Positions 8,402 through 16,485 are shown, counted from the stretch's first letter. The stretch: 32,000 bases of DNA from Halomicrobium mukohataei DSM 12286 (GCF_000023965.1 NC_013202.1:1980001-2012000), one strand, 5' to 3'. Made by a program: numbers and translations. The notes: generated by a model from the sequence alone, not told the origin.

Positions 8402-10267
8402 ATGCACGAACACGACGTGATCGTGGTCGGTGCCGGCGGTGCCGGCCTCCGAGCGGCGATCGCAGCCGACGAAGAGGGTGCCGACGTGGCACTCGTCACG
8501 AAGCTCCACCCCGTCCGGAGCCACACGGGCGCGGCCGAGGGTGGCATCAACGCAGCACTGCGCGAGGGCGACGACTGGGAACTCCACGCCTACGACACCA
8601 TGAAGGGGTCGGACTATCTCGGGGACGCCCCCGCGATCGACACCTTCGCCCAGGACGCCCCCGAAGAGGTCGTCCAGATCGAGCACTGGGGGATGCCGTT
8701 CTCCCGCGAGGACGACGGCCGCGTCTCGCAGCGTCCGTTCGGCGGGATGTCGTTCCCGCGGACGACCTACGCCGGTGCGGAGACGGGTCACCACCTGCTG
8801 CACACGATGTACGAACAGGTCGTCAAACGAGGCATCGAGGTGTACGACGAGTGGTACGTCACCAACCTCGCCGTCACCGACCACGACGACCCGGAAGAGC
8901 GCCACTGTCACGGGGCCGTCGCCTACGAGATCGCGACCGGCAACGTCGAGGGCTTCTGGGCCCGCGACGGCGTCATCCTCGCGACCGGTGGTCTCGGACA
9001 GGCCTTCGATCACACGACAAACGCCGTCGCCAACACCGGCGACGGCTGTGCGATGGCCTACCGCGCGGGCGTCCCGATGGAAGACATGGAGATGATCCAG
9101 TTCCACCCGACGACGCTGCCCTCGACGGGCGTGCTCATCTCCGAAGGCGTCCGTGGCGAAGGCGGGATCCTCTACAACGACGAGGAAGAGCGGTTCATGT
9201 TCGAACACGGTTACGCGAACAACGACGGGGAACTCGCCTCTCGTGACGTTGTCTCGCGGGCCGAACTCACCGAAGTCAACGCCGGCCGCGGCATCGAGGA
9301 CGAGTACGTCGACCTCGACATGCGCCACCTCGGCGAGGAGCGCATCCTCGATCGCTTGGAGAACATCCTCCACCTCGCGGAGGACTTCGAGGGGGTCGAC
9401 GGCCTCGACGAACCGATGCCGGTCAAGCCCGGCCAGCACTACGCTATGGGCGGCATCGAGACCGACGAGAACGGCGAGACCTGTATCAGCGGACTCTACG
9501 CTGCCGGCGAGACGGCCTGTGTCTCGCTGCACGGCGCGAACCGTCTCGGGGGCAACGCGCTGCCGGAACTGCTCGTGTTCGGCGCACGCGCCGGCCACCA
9601 CGCCGCGGGCAAGGACATGAAGACCGCCGAGATCGAGACCGGCCGCTCTGCCAAGAGCGAGGACGGCGACGTGTCGCCGCCCGTCGAACCCGGCGCGATC
9701 ACGGCCAACGGCGAAGGCGACGTTGCAGCGGACGGTGGTGAGCGATCCTCGTCGGACCGTCGGTCTGACGCTGCGATGGTCGAGCCCAAGGAGACGCTGG
9801 AACACACCGTTCAGCAGGAACGAGAGCGAATCGAGTCGCTGCTGGAAGCGGACGGCATCAACCACGCCGAAGTCCGCTCGAACGTCCAGGAGACGATGAC
9901 GGAGAACGTCAACGTCTTCAGAAAAGAGGAGAGCCTCAACGACGCGCTGCGTGACCTCCGGCGCGCACGCGAGCGCTACGAGGACGTCGCCGTCGCCGAC
10001 CCCTCGCGCACCTACAACACGGACCTGATCCACACCATCGAGACGCGCAACATCCTGGACGTGGCCGAAGCGATCACGCTCGGCGCACTGGCCCGCGAAG
10101 AGTTCCGCGGCGCTCACTGGCGCGCGGAGTTCCAGGAACGGCGCGACGAGGAGTGGATCAAGCACACGATGCTGGCCTGGGACGACGGGACGCCGGAGCT
10201 GTACTACAAGCCGGTCCTGCTGGAGAGCCAGTGGAAAGAGTACGAACCCAAAGAGCGGTCGTACTGA
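8402..10267 (+). CDS. sdhA: succinate dehydrogenase flavoprotein subunit
   Basis: FAD-binding fold VVGAGGAGLRAA, covalent-FAD His context RSHTGAAEGG, and HPT...ISEGVRGEGG, HGANRLGGNAL. Confidence 0.95.
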   Translation: MHEHDVIVVGAGGAGLRAAIAADEEGADVALVTKLHPVRSHTGAAEGGINAALREGDDWELHAYDTMKGSDYLGDAPAIDTFAQDAPEEVVQIEHWGMPFSREDDGRVSQRPFGGMSFPRTTYAGAETGHHLLHTMYEQVVKRGIEVYDEWYVTNLAVTDHDDPEERHCHGAVAYEIATGNVEGFWARDGVILATGGLGQAFDHTTNAVANTGDGCAMAYRAGVPMEDMEMIQFHPTTLPSTGVLISEGVRGEGGILYNDEEERFMFEHGYANNDGELASRDVVSRAELTEVNAGRGIEDEYVDLDMRHLGEERILDRLENILHLAEDFEGVDGLDEPMPVKPGQHYAMGGIETDENGETCISGLYAAGETACVSLHGANRLGGNALPELLVFGARAGHHAAGKDMKTAEIETGRSAKSEDGDVSPPVEPGAITANGEGDVAADGGERSSSDRRSDAAMVEPKETLEHTVQQERERIESLLEADGINHAEVRSNVQETMTENVNVFRKEESLNDALRDLRRARERYEDVAVADPSRTYNTDLIHTIETRNILDVAEAITLGALAREEFRGAHWRAEFQERRDEEWIKHTMLAWDDGTPELYYKPVLLESQWKEYEPKERSY

Positions 10268-10399
10268 CCACTCCGTCGTCGCGGCGTCGACGACGCTCGC
10301 CGCTGTCGACGCGACCCGCGACCTGATCGCCGGTCAGCTGGCGTCGACGCGTTTTCTCGACCCCAACCGCTTAGGCAGTGGCACACTTCCCTCGTGGTG

Positions 10400-11710
10400 A
10401 TGCGACTCACCGGGACCGTCGTCGCCGACGCCGACACCGTCTACGAGGACGGCGCGGTCGTCACGAGCGGTGACGAGATCGTCGCAGTCGGGGACCGCCA
10501 GCGTCTGGTCCGGCAGTACCCGGACCACGACAGCCGATCGTTCGACATCGTCGCGCCGGGGCTGGTCGGCTCGCACGTCCACTCGGTACAGAGCCTCGGA
10601 CGGGGGATTGCCGACGACGAAGCGCTGCTTGACTGGCTCTTCGATCACGTCCTCCCGATGGAGGCTGCCATGGACGCCGAGCAGATGCGGACCGCGGCGA
10701 CGCTTGGCTACATGGAGTGTCTGGCCAGCGGCGTCACGACCGTCGTCGACCACCTCTCGGTCGCGCACGCCGACCAGGCTTTCGAGGCGGCCGGCGAGAT
10801 CGGGATCCGCGGCCTGCTCGGGAAGGTGTTGATGGACTACGACGCCGGGGCGCTACAGGAAGACACCGACGCGGCACTGGCCGAGTCCGAGCGCCTCATC
10901 GAGCGCTATCACGGGGCCTTCGACGACCGGATTCGCTACGCAGTCACGCCGCGCTTTGCCGTCTCCTGTACCGAGCGCTGTCTCAGGGGGGCTCGCGATC
11001 TCGCCGACGCCTACGACGACGTGCGCATCCACACGCACGCCAGCGAGAACCGCGACGAGATCCAGACGGTCGAGGACCGGACGGGCATGCGCAACGTCGA
11101 GTGGCTCGACGAGGTCGGCCTGACGGGGCCAGACGTGACGCTCGCCCACTGCGTCTGGACGGACGAGACCGAGCGGGCGATCCTCGCCGAGACCGACACC
11201 ACCGTCGTCCACTGTCCCAGCTCGAACATGAAACTCGCCAGCGGGATCGCGCCCGTCGAGGCCTACTTGCAGCGGGGGATCACCGTCGCGCTGGGCAACG
11301 ACGGCCCGCCCTGCAACAACACGCTGGATCCGTTCACCGAGATGCGCCAGGCGGCCCTGCTGGCGAAGGTCGGCGAACTCGACGCGACGGCGCTGCCGGC
11401 GGCGACCGCCTTTCGGATGGCGACCGAGCACGGGGGGCAGGCGACTGGCTTCGACGTGGGCGTCCTCGCGCCGGGTCGGCCGGCCGACGTGATCGGCCTC
11501 GCGACGGACACCGCCCGGGCGACGCCGGTTCACGACCCGCTCTCGCACCTCGTCTTCGCCGCCCACGGCGACGACGTTCGGTTCACGATGGTCGACGGCG
11601 AGGTCGTCTACGACGACGGCTCGTTCGCGAACGTGGACGGCGCAGCCGTCCGCGCGGACGCTCGACGGCACGCAGATTCGATCTACGCTGAGATCTCGTC
11701 CAAGGATTAA
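10400..11710 (+). CDS. amidohydrolase-superfamily deaminase (MTA/SAH deaminase or guanine deaminase / chlorohydrolase-like)
   Basis: The listed ORF starts GTG-GTG-ATG and I take the ATG at 10400. HxH metal motif (GSHVHS), HASE and HC motifs (IHTHASEN, LAHCVW), and a late Asp (ALGNDG). Exact substrate cannot be read from sequence. Confidence 0.8.
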   Translation: MRLTGTVVADADTVYEDGAVVTSGDEIVAVGDRQRLVRQYPDHDSRSFDIVAPGLVGSHVHSVQSLGRGIADDEALLDWLFDHVLPMEAAMDAEQMRTAATLGYMECLASGVTTVVDHLSVAHADQAFEAAGEIGIRGLLGKVLMDYDAGALQEDTDAALAESERLIERYHGAFDDRIRYAVTPRFAVSCTERCLRGARDLADAYDDVRIHTHASENRDEIQTVEDRTGMRNVEWLDEVGLTGPDVTLAHCVWTDETERAILAETDTTVVHCPSSNMKLASGIAPVEAYLQRGITVALGNDGPPCNNTLDPFTEMRQAALLAKVGELDATALPAATAFRMATEHGGQATGFDVGVLAPGRPADVIGLATDTARATPVHDPLSHLVFAAHGDDVRFTMVDGEVVYDDGSFANVDGAAVRADARRHADSIYAEISSKD

Positions 11711-11738
11711 TGCCCGTCTCGTCCCAACGACCGGCCGC

Positions 11739-11836
11739 GGAAGGGTGGCTCAGTGGTAGAGCGCCGCGACCGACTCCAGCATCGGTCGGCGGTCGTCCCT
11801 TCAGGGCTTCGCGTGGTTCGAATCCCGCCCCTTCCA
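11739..11836 (+). tRNA. aberrant 98-nt tRNA-like gene (possible intron-containing tRNA or tRNA pseudogene; anticodon unresolved, CCA-containing loop)
   Basis: Acceptor GGAAGGG (11739-45) pairs perfectly with CCCTTCC (11829-35), followed by discriminator A. D-arm GCTC-AGTGGTA-GAGC (11748-62) and T-loop GGTTCGAATCC (11815-25) are present. The gene is about 25 nt too long. The 5' T-stem strand (CGTGG) does not pair with CCCGC. The central hairpin is a 10-bp stem with an 8-nt loop, CTCCAGCA. Confidence 0.45.
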
Positions 11837-12050
11837 TCGTGCTCCGAACGACAGTGCGGAGCCGATGGTGACGCGCGGATTCGCGCCCTGGCAGACGAGC
11901 GCAGCGAGTCTTCCTCTGGTTCGAATCCCGCCCCTTCCATCGTGCTCCGAATGACAGTGCGGAGCCGATGGTGACGCGCGGATTCACGCGCTCTGGCAGA
12001 CGAACGAAGTGAGTCTTCCTCTGGTTCGAATCCCGCTCCTTCCATCGTGC
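11814..12050 (+). repeat. tandem repeat (103 bp, 105 bp, then a 29-bp partial) each starting with the tRNA-like gene's T-arm-to-3'-end fragment
   Basis: TGGTTCGAATCCCGCCCCTTCCATCGTGCTCCGAA... recurs at 11814, 11917 and 12022 (the last with one substitution, CGCTCC). Units 1 and 2 are roughly 90 percent identical over their whole length by eye. Confidence 0.9.
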
Positions 12051-12401
12051 CTCCCATCCGGCGGCGAGCGACGCCGCGCTGTCGATTTTTCGTCGCGAAC
12101 TGAGCCACACGGCGCGAGGCTGGCGACCGTGTCTCGTACGAGTGCTTCGGCTATCGATCGTGAAAAGCGTAGGAAAGGGGTGGTGGGTGGTGGTGGGTGC
12201 TGGCACCGGGGTGGTGCCGTACTTACACATTGTCGATGGATGGTAATAAATGCGTCGGCCAAGTATCAATGTAGATAATTGGAGCGAACGATCGCCGTTC
12301 TATCGTCTCTGACAGTACCGTTCGGGTGTTCTCCCCAGTGCTGACGAGCGGTTACCGGTTCCCTGGCGACTCTCCCGAAGTAATCGAGGCGGACACTGCA
12401 G

Positions 12402-12562
12402 GGGCTCGAATCCGCTCGTGTCGATATTTCTGTTCGCTGACGTTCGCAGCAAGAATGCGTGGGACCGGATTCGAACCGGAGGAAGACGAGCGTAGCGAGT
12501 CTTCCAGGGCTCGAATCCGCTCGTCCCATTCCTGCTGCTCACGAGTTTGTTCGCAGCAAGAA

Positions 12563-12586
<24 letters not shown>
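12402..12586 (-). repeat. about 105-107-bp duplication carrying the 3' end of tRNA-Leu plus its downstream flank
   Basis: GTTCGCAGCAAGAATGCGTGGGACCGGATTCGAACCGG occurs at 12442-12479 and 12549-12586. GGGCTCGAATCCGCTCGT occurs at 12402-12419 and 12507-12524. The distal copy lacks the tRNA 5' part. Confidence 0.9.
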
Positions 12587-12647
<61 letters not shown>

Positions 12648-12747
12648 TCGTTGCGTCGTGCGCATTCAGTCCTATTCCGTGGTTGGGTAAAAGCGCTTTC
12701 GTTTGCGACTCTCCGCGCGAACCTCTCACACTCGCGACAAAGCGGGC

Positions 12748-12757
12748 ATTTCAAATA
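12748..12757 (+). promoter_or_regulatory. candidate TATA box for the MBF1-like gene
   Basis: ATTTCAAATA is centred about 27 nt upstream of ATG 12780. Confidence 0.35.
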
Positions 12758-12779
12758 CGTTCGGTCCGCTACGGCCCGC

Positions 12780-13280
12780 ATGGCAAAATACTCGACCGGC
12801 AGTGGCAGTGGCAGCGCCGGCGAGAGCTGTGAACTCTGTGGCGCGTCCGATGCGGACCTCGAAACGGCGAACGTGGCGGGGGCGACGCTGCAGGTGTGTG
12901 CGGACTGCTCTCAGCACGGCGAGACCTCGAAAACCGAATCGTCGGACGGTTCTCGTGGTGACCGAGACACCGATCGAAAGCGCCGTGCGGCCCAGAACGC
13001 GGCCAAGATGGCCGACGCACAGCAGCCCGACGCCTCCCACTGGGAGGACGGCACGAACTACGAGGACGATCAGCTCCCGTATCTCGTCTCCGACTACGGT
13101 TCCGTGGTCACCGAGGCCCGCCAGGACGCGGGCCTCCAGACTCAGGAGCTGGCCGAGGAGCTGAGTGTCGACGAATCCGACGTTCTCGCCGTCGAACAGG
13201 GCCGCGCGACGCAGGCCGGCGTCGGCGGTTCGGTCGTCGCCAAGCTCGAAGACTTTCTTGACGTCGAACTGGCCGAGTGA
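12780..13280 (+). CDS. multiprotein-bridging factor 1 (MBF1) family protein: N-terminal zinc ribbon plus C-terminal HTH (XRE-type)
   Basis: Listed ORF 12459..13280 trimmed to ATG 12780, because the upstream part translates the tRNA-Leu region. Zinc ribbon CELCG...CADC; HTH region VVTEARQDAGLQTQELAEELSVDESDVLAVEQG. Confidence 0.85.
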   Translation: MAKYSTGSGSGSAGESCELCGASDADLETANVAGATLQVCADCSQHGETSKTESSDGSRGDRDTDRKRRAAQNAAKMADAQQPDASHWEDGTNYEDDQLPYLVSDYGSVVTEARQDAGLQTQELAEELSVDESDVLAVEQGRATQAGVGGSVVAKLEDFLDVELAE

Positions 13281-13325
13281 CGATCGCGTCGTGGCATCTA
13301 TTGGCAAGGGTGCTGTACGTGGTGT

Positions 13326-14456
13326 ATGCACCTTTCGTCCGAGCAGCGTGCTATCCGTGACACCGTCCGCGAAGTCGCGGCCGAGGAGATCCGGCCGGTC
13401 GCACGCGAGTGTGACCGCGAGCAGACGTTCCCCGAGGACGCCTGGGACACGCTGGCCGAAATCGACGTGACCGGCCTGACGGTTCCCGAAGCATACGGCG
13501 GCCTCGACGTCGATCGCCAGACGTACGCGGTCGTGAACGAGGCCGTCGCCCACGGCTCGTTGGCGGTGGCGACCGCGCTGTCGGTCCACTGTCTCGCGAC
13601 CTCCTGTCTCGCGACCTTCGGAGACGAGCAGCTCCGGGAGGCGTGGCTCCCGGACATGGTTGCGGGCCGTCCGGTCGGGGCCTTCGCCCTCTCCGAGCCC
13701 GAGGCGGGGTCGAACCCTCGTCAGATGCAGACCGTCGCGCGCCGCGAGGGCGACGAGTACGTGATCGACGGCGAGAAGGCCTGGATCACGAACGGGCAGC
13801 GCTCTGGAGTCGTGATCGTCTTCGCGAAGACCGACCCGGACGATCCGAACTCGGTCACCCAGTTTCTCGTCCCCAAAGACAGCGACGGACTGACCGTCGG
13901 TTCGAAAGAGGAGAAGCTGGGGCTGCGAGCCAGCGACACGACGACGCTGACCCTCGATGATGTCCGCATTCCAGACCGGTACCGGCTCACCGAGGAGGGT
14001 CGCGGGCTCGCTGCGGCCCTGTCGATCCTGACCGGCGGACGGGTCGGGATCGCCGCACAGGCGGTCGGTCTCTCGCAGGCGGCCCTCGACGAGGCGGTCG
14101 ACTACGTCACGGAACGCGAACAGTTCGACGGCCCGATCGGCGACATCCAGAGCGTCCGGCACACGATCGCGGAGATGGAGACGACCGTCCGGGCCGGCCG
14201 CGAGCTGACCCACGCGGCGGCGCGGGCCATGGACCGCGGCGACGACGCTCGTGCGAGCGCGAGCGTCGCGAAGTACTTCGCGACCGAGGGAGCCGTCGAC
14301 GTGACCCAGCAGGCCGTCCAGCTCCACGGCGGCTACGGCTACACGTCCGAGTTCGACGTCGAGCGGTTCTACCGGGACGCCAAGGTGACGACGATCTACG
14401 AGGGGACGAGCCAGATCCAGAAGAACGTCATCGCCCGGTCGCTCCTGGGGGAGTGA
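13326..14456 (+). CDS. acyl-CoA dehydrogenase
   Basis: Full-length, 376 aa. Motifs: FALSEPEAGSNP, GEKAWITNG, and C-terminal [41 protein letters not shown] paralog of the gene at the window start. Confidence 0.92.
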   Translation: MHLSSEQRAIRDTVREVAAEEIRPVARECDREQTFPEDAWDTLAEIDVTGLTVPEAYGGLDVDRQTYAVVNEAVAHGSLAVATALSVHCLATSCLATFGDEQLREAWLPDMVAGRPVGAFALSEPEAGSNPRQMQTVARREGDEYVIDGEKAWITNGQRSGVVIVFAKTDPDDPNSVTQFLVPKDSDGLTVGSKEEKLGLRASDTTTLTLDDVRIPDRYRLTEEGRGLAAALSILTGGRVGIAAQAVGLSQAALDEAVDYVTEREQFDGPIGDIQSVRHTIAEMETTVRAGRELTHAAARAMDRGDDARASASVAKYFATEGAVDVTQQAVQLHGGYGYTSEFDVERFYRDAKVTTIYEGTSQIQKNVIARSLLGE

Positions 14457-14493
14457 CCGAACGCTCTTGTCCGTCGGGGCCGTGCGCCCGCAC

Positions 14494-15030
14494 ATGAGCG
14501 CCGACTACGACGCCGTCGTCTACGACCTCGATGGCACGCTCGTGCGTCTGGCCGTCGACTGGGACGCGGTCGCGAGCGACGTCGACGACGTGTTGCGAGA
14601 ACGCGGCGTCGACACGGCGGGCCACTCGCTGTGGGACATGCTCGAACTCTCGGAGGAGCGGGGCCACCGCGACGCGGTCGAGTCGGCCATCGCCGATCAC
14701 GAACGACCGGGAGCGCGCGACTCGGAGCGACTCCCGCTGCTCGACGAACTGCCCCTGGACGTTCCCGTCGGCGTGTGTTCGCTCAACTGCGAGGCCGCCT
14801 GTCGGATCGCTCTGGAGACTCACGGCGTCGACGGTCACGTCGATGCCGTCGTCGGCCGGGACTCCCTGTCGACGTACAAACCCGATCCGGCCCCGCTCCG
14901 GGCGCTGCTTTCGGAGTTCGACGTGTCGCCGTCGGCGGCCCTGTTCGTCGGCGACTCGGACAGCGACGCGACCGCCGCGCGACGCGCGTCGATGGACTTC
15001 CAGTGGGTCCGCGAGCGTCACTCCCTGTAG
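14494..15030 (+). CDS. HAD-superfamily hydrolase (phosphoglycolate phosphatase-like)
   Basis: ATG at 14494 gives MSADYDAVVYDLDGTLV (DxDGT motif I). Motif III/IV region KPDPAP...FVGDSDSD. Confidence 0.8.
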   Translation: MSADYDAVVYDLDGTLVRLAVDWDAVASDVDDVLRERGVDTAGHSLWDMLELSEERGHRDAVESAIADHERPGARDSERLPLLDELPLDVPVGVCSLNCEAACRIALETHGVDGHVDAVVGRDSLSTYKPDPAPLRALLSEFDVSPSAALFVGDSDSDATAARRASMDFQWVRERHSL

Positions 15031-15245
15031 CGTGCGTAGGCGTACACACCGGCGGCGGTACAGAACCAGACGACGGCACCCACCCGGATCGCGAACTCGG
15101 CCCACTCCGCCCAGCCCGTCAACTGGACGAACAGCGAGAGGGTAGCGACGATCGGCGCGCCGACCAGGATGGTCGTCACGAAGGTCATCTGCATGACCCA
15201 GCCGAAGTCGACGCCCTCCGGGTCCGTCTCCTCGACGTGTGGCAT
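15018..15245 (-). CDS. small two-TM membrane protein (75 aa)
   Basis: ATG at 15245 (MPHVEETDPEGVDFGWVMQMTFVTTILVGAPIV...). It has two hydrophobic helices. Its 3' end overlaps the HAD gene stop by 13 nt. No family recognised. Confidence 0.5.
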   Translation of the reverse strand: MPHVEETDPEGVDFGWVMQMTFVTTILVGAPIVATLSLFVQLTGWAEWAEFAIRVGAVVWFCTAAGVYAYARYRE

Positions 15246-15376
15246 GGCACACACTCGTGGTGTCCGGCGCTAATCAGTTACGGAACCCTCGAACGCGCGT
15301 GCCTGTCATACGAAACGACAACCGTCCGTATCAGTGCATGGCAGGGCTTATGCGCCGGGGCATCCCAGCCCAATCC

Positions 15377-16183
15377 ATGCGGGCCAATGACATTCGCGCG
15401 AAGGCAGGTGAGGAGCCGGTGACGATGCTGACGGCCTACGACGCACCGACCGCGACGGTCGTCGAGGAGGCCGGCGTCGACATCGCGCTGGTCGGCGACT
15501 CGGTCGGAAACCTCCGTCTGGGACACGACTCGACGCTGCCGGTCACGGTCGAGGAGATCGCCAGCCGCACCGCTGCGGTCGCGCGGGCTACAGCGGACGT
15601 GTTCGTGCTCGCGGACATGCCCTTCCTCTCGTACGGTGCCGACGAGGCCGAGGCGATCCAGAACTGCGGTCGCATGGTCAAGGAGGCGGGCGCGGACGGG
15701 GTCAAACTCGAATCCGGTCCCCACACCGTCGACCTCACTCGTCGGCTGACGCAACTGGGCATCCCGGTCCAGGCACACCTCGGACTGACTCCACAGCGCG
15801 AGAACGAGACCGGACTGTTCCGCCAGGGCACCGACGAGGAGTCCGCGACGGAGATCGTCGAACTCGCGCAGGCCCACGAGGAGGCCGGCGCGTTCTCGCT
15901 CGTCCTCGAACACGTCCCCGCCAACCTCGGTGCGGCGGTCACGGACGCGCTCGACATTCCGACGATCGGCATCGGTGCCGGCCCCGACTGCGACGGCCAG
16001 GTCCTGACCGTCGACGAGGTGATCGGCCTCTCTGAGGACGTGGCTCCCTTCTCGAAGCGCTTTGGCGACGTGCGCGAGGAGATGGCCTCCGCGATCGAGG
16101 GGTACGTCGACGCCGTCGAAGACGGCACCTTCCCGGCCGACGAACACAGCTACGTCGAGGACGAACTGGACGACCTCTACTGA
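15377..16183 (+). CDS. panB: 3-methyl-2-oxobutanoate hydroxymethyltransferase (ketopantoate hydroxymethyltransferase)
   Basis: Listed ORF trimmed to ATG 15377 (MRANDIRAKAGEEPVTMLTAYDAPTA...VGDSVGN...LESG...IGIGAG..CDGQVLV-type motifs). Confidence 0.9.
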   Translation: MRANDIRAKAGEEPVTMLTAYDAPTATVVEEAGVDIALVGDSVGNLRLGHDSTLPVTVEEIASRTAAVARATADVFVLADMPFLSYGADEAEAIQNCGRMVKEAGADGVKLESGPHTVDLTRRLTQLGIPVQAHLGLTPQRENETGLFRQGTDEESATEIVELAQAHEEAGAFSLVLEHVPANLGAAVTDALDIPTIGIGAGPDCDGQVLTVDEVIGLSEDVAPFSKRFGDVREEMASAIEGYVDAVEDGTFPADEHSYVEDELDDLY

Positions 16184-16485
16184 TCGCGGGCCTGAAAGAT
16201 TGAATACGCTGCACGGAAACGCTAGAACGTGTCAGAAGACGATCCCGGCCCCGAACGAAACTAGCAAGTAAGACAATTCGTTTTCTGGACTGTGGTCGCG
16301 ATTGTCGTCGGATTCGTGCTACTCTTTGTCATCCCGAAACTGATCTAATTGTGTCCTGTCACCGTCGACTGCCCGCCACACGAAATGGTCACATGCTCCC
16401 TGCCGAAATCAGTACGTTCTGGCCAGGTGAAAGATCCGCCACTCACTGAGCAGTAGCCAGGGCTGTTTCGACGACCGAAGCGGCG

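Noticed and set aside
8396-10165. 589-aa ORF on the minus strand
   Set aside because: It is exactly antisense to sdhA, whose motifs are unambiguous. The translation is Arg/Gly/Val/Asp-rich with no motif. This is a typical shadow ORF of high-GC DNA lacking stop codons.
11814-12050. CRISPR array (considered for this locus and for 3969..4095)
   Set aside because: There are only 2-3 units. The 'spacers' between tRNA-fragment copies are themselves conserved between units, the repeats are 23-56 bp pieces of tRNA or hairpins, and no cas genes or leader are present.
11583-12269. Minus-strand ORFs with repeated MEGAGFEP... peptides (11583..12269, 11707..12108, 11984..12262)
   Set aside because: The repeated GFEP peptide is simply the translation of GGTTCGAATCC T-loop copies in the tRNA fragment array. 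These ORFs span a tRNA-like gene and are not protein-coding.
12726-14495. 589-aa ORF on the minus strand
   Set aside because: Antisense to the MBF1-like gene and the second acyl-CoA dehydrogenase, both with clear family signatures. Shadow ORF.
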